This document shows positions 1-8,475 of a stretch of 64,000 nucleotides of DNA, piece after piece. The notes under the pieces are model-generated. The model saw only the letters and a list, made by a program, of their open reading frames with translations. It was not told the origin of the DNA and made no database searches. The position numbers and the translations under genes are program-made. This DNA comes from Fidelibacterota bacterium. Lineage in GTDB: Bacteria; Fidelibacterota; UBA8477; JABMPR01. Numbering within the stretch: position 1 is the first letter of the stretch; every line of letters begins with the position of its first letter. The stretch is taken from assembly GCA_018650795.1 (NCBI GenBank), contig JABIFG010000231.1, positions 1,153-65,152 on the forward strand. Direction: 5' to 3'.

Positions 1-22
1 AAACGATTCACCTGGAGCAGCC

Positions 23-946
23 GTGATGGTAATCCACAAGGGGGAAATCATGCTTGAACGTCATTATGGCCTGGCTAACATAGAACAAAAGACCGAGGTT
101 TCTTCAACGACGAACTTCAGGTTGGCTTCAGTCACCAAGCAATTTACTGCCATGGCGATTCTGCAGCTCATGGATAGTAATAGGCTGACATTTTCAACTG
201 GGCTCAAAGATGTGTTTCCCGAATTTCCTGACTATGCGAATTCCATCAACTATGGGCAACTACTTCATCACACATCTGGACTCATAAATTATGAAGACCT
301 CATCCCTGATTCCGCTACGATCCCCGTTAGAGATGCTGATATTTTGACAATATTAATCGCTCAAGATAGCACCTACTTCCCCCCTGGCTCTGCTTACCAT
401 TATAGTAATGGAGGATATGTCTTACTGGCACTTACCGTTGAACGCTTGTCTGGCCTGAGTTTTCCCGATTATCTTGAGCAATATATATTCGCACCAACCG
501 GGATGACAGGATCAGTGGCTTATGTCAATGGTACGAATAACATTTCCAACCGCGCCCTGGGTTATAATATTGTTAATAATGGGACTGAATTTAGTGACCA
601 GAGTATGACCTCCTCTGTTTTGGGTGATGGAGGTATCTATTCATCTGTGTCCGATTTGTACAAATGGGATCAAGCTCTGTACAAGTTCGAGCTTCTCTCG
701 GAAGCATGGCTTGATTCCGCCTATACACCGTGGTTAAAGAACTATGGCTGCGGTTGGCGCATTGAAGATTACAAGGGGTTGAAGCGTATTAGCCATACAG
801 GAGGCACCTGTGGATTTAGGACAGATTACATGAGATTTCCTGAATCTGAATTTTCAGTAATTGTATTGACAAATAGACGTGAACCAGGTGTACAGTATCT
901 TGCTGAAGCACTTACTGACATCTATTTATTAAGCGAAAATGACTAA
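23..946 (+). CDS. Serine hydrolase, beta-lactamase class C/AmpC-like family; 5' end probably cut off by the window edge
   Basis: SxxK (FRLASVTKQF), YxN (YHYSNGGY) and HTG (SHTGG) motifs, plus LLHHTSGL. The frame is open back to position 2 (NDSPGAAVMV). Confidence 0.9.
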   Translation: MMVIHKGEIMLERHYGLANIEQKTEVSSTTNFRLASVTKQFTAMAILQLMDSNRLTFSTGLKDVFPEFPDYANSINYGQLLHHTSGLINYEDLIPDSATIPVRDADILTILIAQDSTYFPPGSAYHYSNGGYVLLALTVERLSGLSFPDYLEQYIFAPTGMTGSVAYVNGTNNISNRALGYNIVNNGTEFSDQSMTSSVLGDGGIYSSVSDLYKWDQALYKFELLSEAWLDSAYTPWLKNYGCGWRIEDYKGLKRISHTGGTCGFRTDYMRFPESEFSVIVLTNRREPGVQYLAEALTDIYLLSEND

Positions 947-1488
947 TCCTCACTGAACCGGGGTTCTAACTCTATCCCCAAACCATCAGCCATACGATTG
1001 ACGAAGGCAAAATATGATGTAATGGCACAGATGTCATGTATACCACGGTCATCAAGATTTTGTGCCCGAAGGAGATCGATATCCTCCTTACTGATACTAG
1101 CAGGCGTTCGAGTCAACTTGACTGCATAGGTAAGTATGGCTTTATCCTGGGGATTTAAAGAGGGATGATCCCCTATCTCAATCAAACCAGATAATAACGA
1201 GTTAGGATTTTCGAAAGAAGTTCGTTTTGAGCTTAGAAGTCTGCGGAGCCCAGCCCCGTGGTGTTCAATTCAGTAGTGACACTCATTAATGGCAGATACA
1301 ACCACAGCAATCATCTCCCGTTGAATACGCGTCAAGGGACCTTTCTTGTACATCAACTCCTTATACAATGTAAAGTGATGGCGCATGACCTCGCTATGCA
1401 CTCCATGGATGCGCAGAATATGATCCTGGTCGTTCACGCGATTTGCTTCAGGAATATCACTTGGATCTACATATTTAATAAATGCCAT
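943..1488 (-). CDS. AhpD/CMD-like peroxidase-related protein, probable selenoprotein (181 aa, UGA read as Sec at codon 73, C-H-Y-U)
   Basis: ORFs 1270..1488 and 943..1185 are in the same frame, separated only by TGA at 1270-1272. Read-through gives REMIAVVVSAINECHY-U-IEHHG...YAVKLT...YFAFVNRMADGLG, a complete AhpD-like sequence with CxxCxxxH register. Confidence 0.85.
1244..1258 (-). promoter_or_regulatory. Candidate bacterial SECIS hairpin
   Basis: CGGGGC-UGG-GCUCCG, a 6-bp stem with a G-containing loop, starts 11 nt after the in-frame UGA. Confidence 0.6.
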
Positions 1489-1603
1489 GAAGTCTCTACC
1501 TTCTTTACCAGATTTTATTAAGTAGCTGATTCAGTATAGTACAAACAGTTTACGATTACAATAAGTGTGAAAGCTCGTACAGGTATTCTGGATTATGATT
1601 TTA

Positions 1604-2542
1604 TCAGTGATCAGCTCTGTCGAAAACACCTGCAGTATTCACTGCGATCATTAAATAAGGAGCTGGTTGAGTCCCGTCAGGAAAGCCATTTGAAGATGAC
1701 CATGCAATGAACGGCAAGCCCAATCTAATTTTAATGCTTTCCCAAAATGGTTTTGAGATTGCTAAATCTATTCCAGCTGATGATGAAGCAAGAATTCGTT
1801 TCTCACGCGTACCCGTCCATATGGAAGGAGGCGCAAGCAATTGTTCAGACTCCAGTTGGACAAATGGTGCTATGAAAATTGGATACCAAGTGTGTATTGA
1901 AGATGATATATGAATTACAGAGAGATGATCGCTGAGAATATTATCCTGAACAGCAGTGTTTTTCTGATATAACCAACTGACCGAGAGCGAACCCAATAAA
2001 TCAGGATTGAATTCAGCCCAGGGCATGGGTTGATTGTACAATAGCAAAATGTCGCCAGATGGACTTACTTCAGAAACAAAAGGGAATTCATCGTTGAGAT
2101 ATTTTGTTTGACCAGGTAGATTAATCTTAAACTGTGCATAAGCTCTACCTCTATTCCCCAGAGCCATTCTTAATCCGGTCGATAATCCGCCAGAGTATGA
2201 TATGGTTCTACTCTCTAGATAAGTTACCCTCTCCTCAAGGGAGCCGAGACCGCCATACCCGTTTATAAAAAGAACATTTCTGGGACTGATGGAGCGTGAC
2301 ACTTCAATGAAAGCATTCAGTTGGGGTCCATAATAAATATTGCCTGCAGGACCTCTATTCGAGAGCTGAACATCTGACATCCAATGCCAATTATTATCAC
2401 CCATTAAAGTGTTGGGCCAGTGCGCTATCCAATTGTTCATCAATGCTCCACCACCGGCTTGACCACTACCCACAGGCGAGCAACAAACCTGAGCATTTAC
2501 AGAGGTGGCCAGCAGCAAACCTAATAAAAGGTTTCTAATCAT
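1604..2542 (-). CDS. Hypothetical exported protein, possibly a beta-barrel, with an N-terminal Cys-Cys motif
   Basis: Signal peptide MIRNLLLGLLLATSVNA followed by QVCCSP. Alternating hydrophobic, strand-like segments. Start overlaps the upstream stop (ATGA). Confidence 0.6.
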   Translation of the reverse strand: MIRNLLLGLLLATSVNAQVCCSPVGSGQAGGGALMNNWIAHWPNTLMGDNNWHWMSDVQLSNRGPAGNIYYGPQLNAFIEVSRSISPRNVLFINGYGGLGSLEERVTYLESRTISYSGGLSTGLRMALGNRGRAYAQFKINLPGQTKYLNDEFPFVSEVSPSGDILLLYNQPMPWAEFNPDLLGSLSVSWLYQKNTAVQDNILSDHLSVIHISSSIHTWYPIFIAPFVQLESEQLLAPPSIWTGTREKRILASSSAGIDLAISKPFWESIKIRLGLPFIAWSSSNGFPDGTQPAPYLMIAVNTAGVFDRADH

Positions 2543-3579
2543 CCTGTAATAATCTCCACATCTGGATAAAAAGCAGCAACTGAAAACCAGTAGGCAATAT
2601 ACCCATTCCCTGCAACCAACCTTTCAGCCGGAGTCGGATTTGATAGCAATTGACCGGTGATGTCCCACTCTTTCCCCGTATCTGCCTGAGTCAGAACGAT
2701 TCCCGCTCCAGAAATATCCCAGCTTGAAATACTGATGGCCCGGGTCGTCTCAAAAGCTACCGCAATATTGTCTCTTCCGGATACAACTGCTTTGTATTGT
2801 GAATCCCCAACATCAACAGTAATAATCTGTGGATCAGGATAAGCATCAATATCCAGAGCCTTCACTACATCACCGTTAATTATAGTCAGAACTCGATTCT
2901 TGGCGGGTAAACGATTGTCCTCATGTGCTAATGGGAAATAAATGAAATCACCACAGGACAGAGAGTTGCAGGTGCGATAATTTCCATAAGGATAGCGACT
3001 ATAGTTGCGTGAGTAATTCGTTTCAGAATTCACTACCTTGGTTTCTGGAAAAAGTGCTTTCCAGTTACCCCAGCTAGTCTCTACAAGATTCTTTAGATGC
3101 AATTCTCCACCAGACCTGTCACCTGCTGCAGATCGGAGTAACATTTGTGGCCAATAACTTTCTGTCTCCCGATCATACATAATCAGATTGCTGTTAAAGA
3201 GCAGACCTGAAACGCCATATTCTCCTGATGTGGATAAATGAATTGCGCTACCGGTCAAAGGACAATACGAAATACTATAACCGGATTCGTTAATAATCTC
3301 ATGCCAATCCAGGATGGCGTGTGGGTATGCAACGTGTTCTGAACCATTCCATATTCCAACCACGAGATCATCATCATCCAGATAGCCCAAATTGGATCCA
3401 TCCGCTGAGGATCGATTTGGATTTTCAAGGCTGGGTATACAGTCTCGGCCATCATAACAGCCCTGCCGCATAAACTGTGTGTCAATGGTCCAGGTTAATC
3501 CCGAGTCATCAACTCCTACATCACTCTCCTGACATCCAATAAAGAACACAACCAGAGCTAAAGGGGTTAATATTCTCAT
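2539..3579 (-). CDS. DUF3179-family lipoprotein
   Basis: Lipobox FIGC. Family motifs AYPHAILDWHEIIN, SYCPLTGS, GVSGLLFNSNLIMYDRETESYWPQ and YWF...AFYP. ATG at 3579 follows GGAGG. Confidence 0.85.
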   Translation of the reverse strand: MRILTPLALVVFFIGCQESDVGVDDSGLTWTIDTQFMRQGCYDGRDCIPSLENPNRSSADGSNLGYLDDDDLVVGIWNGSEHVAYPHAILDWHEIINESGYSISYCPLTGSAIHLSTSGEYGVSGLLFNSNLIMYDRETESYWPQMLLRSAAGDRSGGELHLKNLVETSWGNWKALFPETKVVNSETNYSRNYSRYPYGNYRTCNSLSCGDFIYFPLAHEDNRLPAKNRVLTIINGDVVKALDIDAYPDPQIITVDVGDSQYKAVVSGRDNIAVAFETTRAISISSWDISGAGIVLTQADTGKEWDITGQLLSNPTPAERLVAGNGYIAYWFSVAAFYPDVEIITG

Positions 3580-3815
3580 CGGCACCTCCAATATTTGTTA
3601 TATTAACATTGGTTCATTTTGACTGAATATTATAGTTTCAAACAGCTATTGTGATTGTCTTCTGACCGACAATTGGGAGAAGATGTTAAATAGATTACCG
3701 TGCCTTTACGAACCAGAAATAAGACTTCTCAAATTCCCAGAACCCTGCATGGTTTCCTTGATTCATAGATCGAATTCTCTATCTTGATGTCAGTATTGAT
3801 TAATATGAATGAGGA

Positions 3816-4097
3816 GTGACTGTGGAGTGGAGAGCCAGCCATATACTGGTTAAAAATAGAAGTTTAGCTGAAGATTTATTTAAACGGATTCAGAAGGGAG
3901 CCCGCTTTGAACAGCTCGCCAAAGAATACTCGACCTGTCCCAGCAAATCTAAAGGTGGCGATCTTGGTTGGTTTGGCACTGGGCAGATGGTGAAGCCCTT
4001 TGAGGAAGCTGTCAAGAAGATGGGACGAGGACGACCCTCAAAGCCTGTCTCTACCCAATTCGGATATCACATTATTAAGAAGACCGGTGAGCGATGA
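3816..4097 (+). CDS. ppiC: Parvulin-type peptidyl-prolyl cis-trans isomerase
   Basis: ASHILV, AKEYSTCPS, GGDLGWF, MVKPFE and TQFGYHII motifs in a 93-aa protein. Confidence 0.95.
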   Translation: MTVEWRASHILVKNRSLAEDLFKRIQKGARFEQLAKEYSTCPSKSKGGDLGWFGTGQMVKPFEEAVKKMGRGRPSKPVSTQFGYHIIKKTGER

Positions 4098-5515
4098 ACA
4101 GTCAGTTCGAATCATATCGACACAAAACACGGGCGGTGGTATTTCTGATGTCAGCAGCCATAAAATCACTTTATGGCACCCAGAGGACACTCATTGTCGA
4201 CCACTCTTTTGGAGGCGGCTATTATTGCATCTTGAAAGAAGAAAAGAAGATTTCTGTCGATGTGTTGGATCAGATTTATAATAAGATGTATCAACTCCAA
4301 TTGGAAGCAAGGAAGATTAAGATCAGAGCCGCAAAGCCTGAGGATTGGAGACACCTGCTTGCTCCAAGAGTCCGAACCTCGCGACCACCTGTTCTCATGC
4401 TGGCTAATCATATCTCAGCCTCATATGAATTTACAAATCTTGATCTATCTGCAATTCCTCACTATGAACTCAGACCTTATGATAGAGGATTTCTACTAAG
4501 GATAGGTGAAAATGGTGATGAACTGAACGAATATACCGATTCACCAAAACTCTTTGGTATGATGAAAGAACACGAAAGATGGGGACGGATTCTTAAAGTG
4601 TCCTCGATTTATGATCTTAATAAACAGATCATGGAAAAGGGATTTAAACAACTTATCTGGGTCGCCGAAGGACTACATGAGAAACGAATTGCAGCTCTGG
4701 CAGATGACATTAGTAGCCAAAAAGGCACTCGTGTTATTTTTGTCGCAGGTCCTTCCTCTTCAGGAAAAACCACTTTCACTAAACGGCTCGCCATTCATCT
4801 CGCGGTCAATGGGATACAATCAAAGTATCTTTCCATGGATAACTATTTTCTAGACAGAGATAAAATTACACCCCAGGCAGATGGAACCCTGGATTTTGAA
4901 AATGTGAATTGTATTGATCTTGATACCCTGAAGCGTGAATTAATGCAACTTGTTAATGGACAGTCAGTTTTTAAACGTAGTTACAATTTTGTGGATGGCA
5001 AACAAGAGATCCTCAAAGACAAGATGTCACTCAAACGCAATGAGGTGCTTATCTTTGAAGGTATACACGGGTTGAATCCTCGCATTCATGAGGGTATGAT
5101 TGCTAAAAGTTACTATCGTGTTTATATAAGTGCATTAACACAGCTTAACATTGATAATACACATCCAGTCTCTACCTCTGATGGTCGTCTTATTCGCAGG
5201 ATAGTCAGAGATCATCAATATCGCGGATATAGCGCCGATGACACAATCAATAGGTGGAACTCTGTTCGACATGGAGAGTTACGTAATATTTTTCCATTTC
5301 AGGAGCATGCTGATATGATGTTTAATTCTGCACTGATCTATGAATTTGCCATTCTGAAAAGATATGCACTTCCCCTACTGAAGGCGGCGTCAAAAAATAC
5401 TATCAGGGATAGACTTATTACGCTCATGTCCCTTTTTCATACCATTCCCGATAGACATGTTCCTGGAACTTCTATCTTACGGGAATTTATTGGGAACAGT
5501 TACTTTAAGTATTGA
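4094..5515 (+). CDS. Nucleoside (uridine) kinase family protein, long form with N-terminal extension
   Basis: Walker A GPSSSGKTT, SMDNYF, IFEGIHGLNP, RLIRRIVRD, NIFPFQE and SILREFIG. Confidence 0.88.
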   Translation: MNSQFESYRHKTRAVVFLMSAAIKSLYGTQRTLIVDHSFGGGYYCILKEEKKISVDVLDQIYNKMYQLQLEARKIKIRAAKPEDWRHLLAPRVRTSRPPVLMLANHISASYEFTNLDLSAIPHYELRPYDRGFLLRIGENGDELNEYTDSPKLFGMMKEHERWGRILKVSSIYDLNKQIMEKGFKQLIWVAEGLHEKRIAALADDISSQKGTRVIFVAGPSSSGKTTFTKRLAIHLAVNGIQSKYLSMDNYFLDRDKITPQADGTLDFENVNCIDLDTLKRELMQLVNGQSVFKRSYNFVDGKQEILKDKMSLKRNEVLIFEGIHGLNPRIHEGMIAKSYYRVYISALTQLNIDNTHPVSTSDGRLIRRIVRDHQYRGYSADDTINRWNSVRHGELRNIFPFQEHADMMFNSALIYEFAILKRYALPLLKAASKNTIRDRLITLMSLFHTIPDRHVPGTSILREFIGNSYFKY

Positions 5516-5520
5516 CGGAA

Positions 5521-6159
5521 ATGAAAATCTTAATCGTATTAGCTGGCAGCCCTCCCAGCAAAGAGCTACTTGAACGTGAAATAAACGCAGCTGACTTTGT
5601 ACTGGCTGTTGATGGGGGTTTTAATGCCTTCAATGAATATCAACTTCAGCCAGATCTTATACTTGGCGACATGGATTCCGCAAATATTGATGAAATCTCT
5701 TCGACAGAGGTTCTGAACATATCGGATCAAGAGCTGACAGATCTTCAAAAAACTCTGGATTATGTATTTAGAACCCATCCAGTAAAGTCGCTGATATTCC
5801 TGGGAGCTGGCGGTGCTCGTACCGATCATTTGTTACATAATTTGCATATTTGCGCATCAATTGATCCATCAATAAGAGTCCAATTCATAAATGAGGTCCC
5901 AGTTGATGGAGACTTCTCCATGGAAAACATACAAAGAATTACTTCGCATTGTCACTTCAGCCTGAGTGTTAAAAGCGGTGCTATCTTGAGTGTTTTACCA
6001 ATTACAGAGTATACTGGCTTAACGTCAAAGGGACTCAAATGGGAGATCTCCAATCAAGATCGTTCTCACGGATTCATTAGTCAGAGCAACCTTGTAATTA
6101 AGGATGACCCCAGGTTCAATATTGAACATGGAGTCGCCTATATTACTGTGTATCAGTAA
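5521..6159 (+). CDS. thiN: Thiamine diphosphokinase
   Basis: AVDGG, PDLILGDMDS, DQELTDLQK, GGARTDH, GLKW and SN motifs. ATG at 5521 (the ORF track starts at TTG 5512). Confidence 0.9.
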   Translation: MKILIVLAGSPPSKELLEREINAADFVLAVDGGFNAFNEYQLQPDLILGDMDSANIDEISSTEVLNISDQELTDLQKTLDYVFRTHPVKSLIFLGAGGARTDHLLHNLHICASIDPSIRVQFINEVPVDGDFSMENIQRITSHCHFSLSVKSGAILSVLPITEYTGLTSKGLKWEISNQDRSHGFISQSNLVIKDDPRFNIEHGVAYITVYQ

Positions 6160-6175
6160 GTAATACTATATACTT

Positions 6176-7561
6176 ATGAATCTACATTTAGTTGATATTG
6201 GCCTCATATTAGTATATTTCATCGCCGTTTTGCTTGTTGGAATATACAATACTCGCACTGAATCAACCACCGACTATATGCTGATGGGGCGAAAATTGAC
6301 ACTCCCAGCTTTTGTGATGACTCTGGTATCAACATGGTATGGAGGCATTTTAGGTGTCAGTGAATACAGCACGAGTTATGGCATATCCAACTGGGTAATA
6401 TTTGGCCTCCCCTACTATGTGTTTGGTATTGCCTTCGCCCTAATGGTAGCAAAGCGAGCACGATCGCTGGAAGTCAACTCTCTCCCTGAAATATTGGCCT
6501 CAGACTATGGAATAAATGCCGGGAGACTGGCTTCTGTCTGGGTCCTGCTACTTGCCAGCCCAGCCCCTTACATACTCACTCTTGGGTTGATCCTAAACTT
6601 TTTCCTCGGTCTGAATCTAGTTATTGCAATTATTGCTGGAGCAGTATTCTCTTTGTTTTATATACTCAATGGCGGACTTACTTCTGTGATTAAAACTGAT
6701 AAAGTGCAATTCGTCCTCATGTTTCTCGGGTTTATGGTTATTCTGATTGTTCTTGCAGTGAGTTACATGAACCCCATCGATCTATGGCATACACTGCCTG
6801 AATCACATACTTCCTGGACAGGCGGTCAAAGCTTTGGTTATATCGTGGTCTGGTTCTTTATTGGGTCCTGGACAATGGTTGATCCAGGTTTCCATCAAAG
6901 AGTTTATGCGACTACAACACAGAGCATTGCCAAACGGGGTATCCTTTGGGCCGTCTTATTCTGGTTTATTTTTGATTTAATGACCACCCTAACCGGCCTA
7001 TATGCATTTTCATATCTCCCACCTGAAACAATTCCTACCCAGGCTTTTCTAGTTCTGGGAAATGCAGTATTGCCTTTGGGACTGCAAGGATTGTTTTATG
7101 TAGGCATTTTGGCAACTGTGATGTCAACCCTGGATAGCAATACCCTCGTTTCAGGAATTACCCTGGGAAAAGATATCATTGGTAGCTATCCTACGTTTAG
7201 AAACTATTCAACTAATCATCTTATTAAAGTAAGTATGGTCATTGTGTTACTGATCGGAATTATCATGGCTGTCTGGATTCCATCTGTTATAGATCTGTGG
7301 TATACCTTTGGAACCATCGCCATTCCCGCACTTCTTATCCCAACACTTATGAGCATCTTTAAGAAACCCCTGACACGCCAGGCCGTCTTTCTGAATTTAA
7401 GCATTCCCCCTATAGTATCATTTCTTTGGTTCCTTTTTGGAAAAATAGATGAATGGAGTTACTTTTGGGGGTTGGAACCATTCTATCCAGGTCTGTTTTG
7501 TAGTTTGTTGATTTTAATAGTATTTAAACGCTCTAGCAAGGAAGTATATATTGATGAGTAA
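6176..7561 (+). CDS. Sodium:solute symporter (SSS) family protein
   Basis: Many transmembrane segments. DYMLMGRKL, GGLTSVIKTDKVQF, DPGFHQRVYA and LATVMSTLDS motifs. Confidence 0.9.
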   Translation: MNLHLVDIGLILVYFIAVLLVGIYNTRTESTTDYMLMGRKLTLPAFVMTLVSTWYGGILGVSEYSTSYGISNWVIFGLPYYVFGIAFALMVAKRARSLEVNSLPEILASDYGINAGRLASVWVLLLASPAPYILTLGLILNFFLGLNLVIAIIAGAVFSLFYILNGGLTSVIKTDKVQFVLMFLGFMVILIVLAVSYMNPIDLWHTLPESHTSWTGGQSFGYIVVWFFIGSWTMVDPGFHQRVYATTTQSIAKRGILWAVLFWFIFDLMTTLTGLYAFSYLPPETIPTQAFLVLGNAVLPLGLQGLFYVGILATVMSTLDSNTLVSGITLGKDIIGSYPTFRNYSTNHLIKVSMVIVLLIGIIMAVWIPSVIDLWYTFGTIAIPALLIPTLMSIFKKPLTRQAVFLNLSIPPIVSFLWFLFGKIDEWSYFWGLEPFYPGLFCSLLILIVFKRSSKEVYIDE

Positions 7562-8330
7562 TCTGAAGCACAAAACCATTCTAATAACCGGCGCCAGTGC
7601 CGGAATAGGTCAAGCCTGTGCTCATTTATTTGCACGGCAGGGATCCAATCTTATCCTAACAGCCCGACGTGGGGAAAAGCTAGTTCAACTGGCCAACCAG
7701 CTTCAAGGTGAATATGATATCCAGGTTTATCCGAAACCACTTGACGTCCGCGATATGAATGCCGTTGATGAAATGATCTCGAATCTACCTGAATCACTTA
7801 AAAACATCGATGTATTAGTTAATAATGCTGGTCTCGTGCTTGGTGTGGAAAAGGCACATGAAACACCAGCAAATGACGTTGATATAATGCTGGACACCAA
7901 TGTTAAGGGTGTCTTGAATATGATCAGAGCTGTTGTTCCTGAAATGGTTTCAAAACAGCAGGGCCATGTGATCAATATTTCATCTATCGCCGGTCATGAA
8001 GCCTATCCTGGTGGCAGTATCTACTGTGCCAGCAAACACGCTGTGGACGCGCTCACCAAAAGTCTCCGCATGGATGTGGTGTCTACTCCCCTTCGAGTTA
8101 CAGCCATATCGCCGGGACTTGTAGATACGGAATTTAGCCTGGTTAGATTTAAGGGGGATGCAAAAAAAGCCGCAGCTGTGTATCTGGGGCTTGAAGCTCT
8201 GATTGCTGAAGATATTGCTGAAGCAGTTCTATTTGCTGCCTCCCGGCCACCTCACGTTCAAATTGCTGACATGATAATATTTCCTACTAAGCAGGCTGCT
8301 GCTACAGTTGTGCACAGGGAGAACAAGTGA
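7554..8330 (+). CDS. NADP-dependent short-chain dehydrogenase (YdfG-like)
   Basis: TGASAGIG, NNAG, YCASK and ISPGLVDTEFS. Confidence 0.92.
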   Translation: MSNLKHKTILITGASAGIGQACAHLFARQGSNLILTARRGEKLVQLANQLQGEYDIQVYPKPLDVRDMNAVDEMISNLPESLKNIDVLVNNAGLVLGVEKAHETPANDVDIMLDTNVKGVLNMIRAVVPEMVSKQQGHVINISSIAGHEAYPGGSIYCASKHAVDALTKSLRMDVVSTPLRVTAISPGLVDTEFSLVRFKGDAKKAAAVYLGLEALIAEDIAEAVLFAASRPPHVQIADMIIFPTKQAAATVVHRENK

Positions 8331-8475
8331 TTGCCCTCCTTCCATCAATTGCATATTTGTTAAAAAGGATGTATATCACATGCCTGAACGATTGTGCTCA
8401 GGCTCAAATTGCATTGCAATGTGAAAAACTATCTTCACAGCGTAAACACCATTAACCTCGGAAGGGGATTAAAAG

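Noticed and set aside
1270-1272. Genome-wide UGA reassignment (genetic code 4 or 25)
   Set aside because: TGA ends several conserved genes at their expected C-termini (for example ppiC, asnS and accA), and long genes show no internal TGA.
943-1488. Pseudogene, or two separate small genes
   Set aside because: The only lesion is a TGA at the catalytic Cys position followed by a SECIS-like hairpin, and both halves are otherwise intact.
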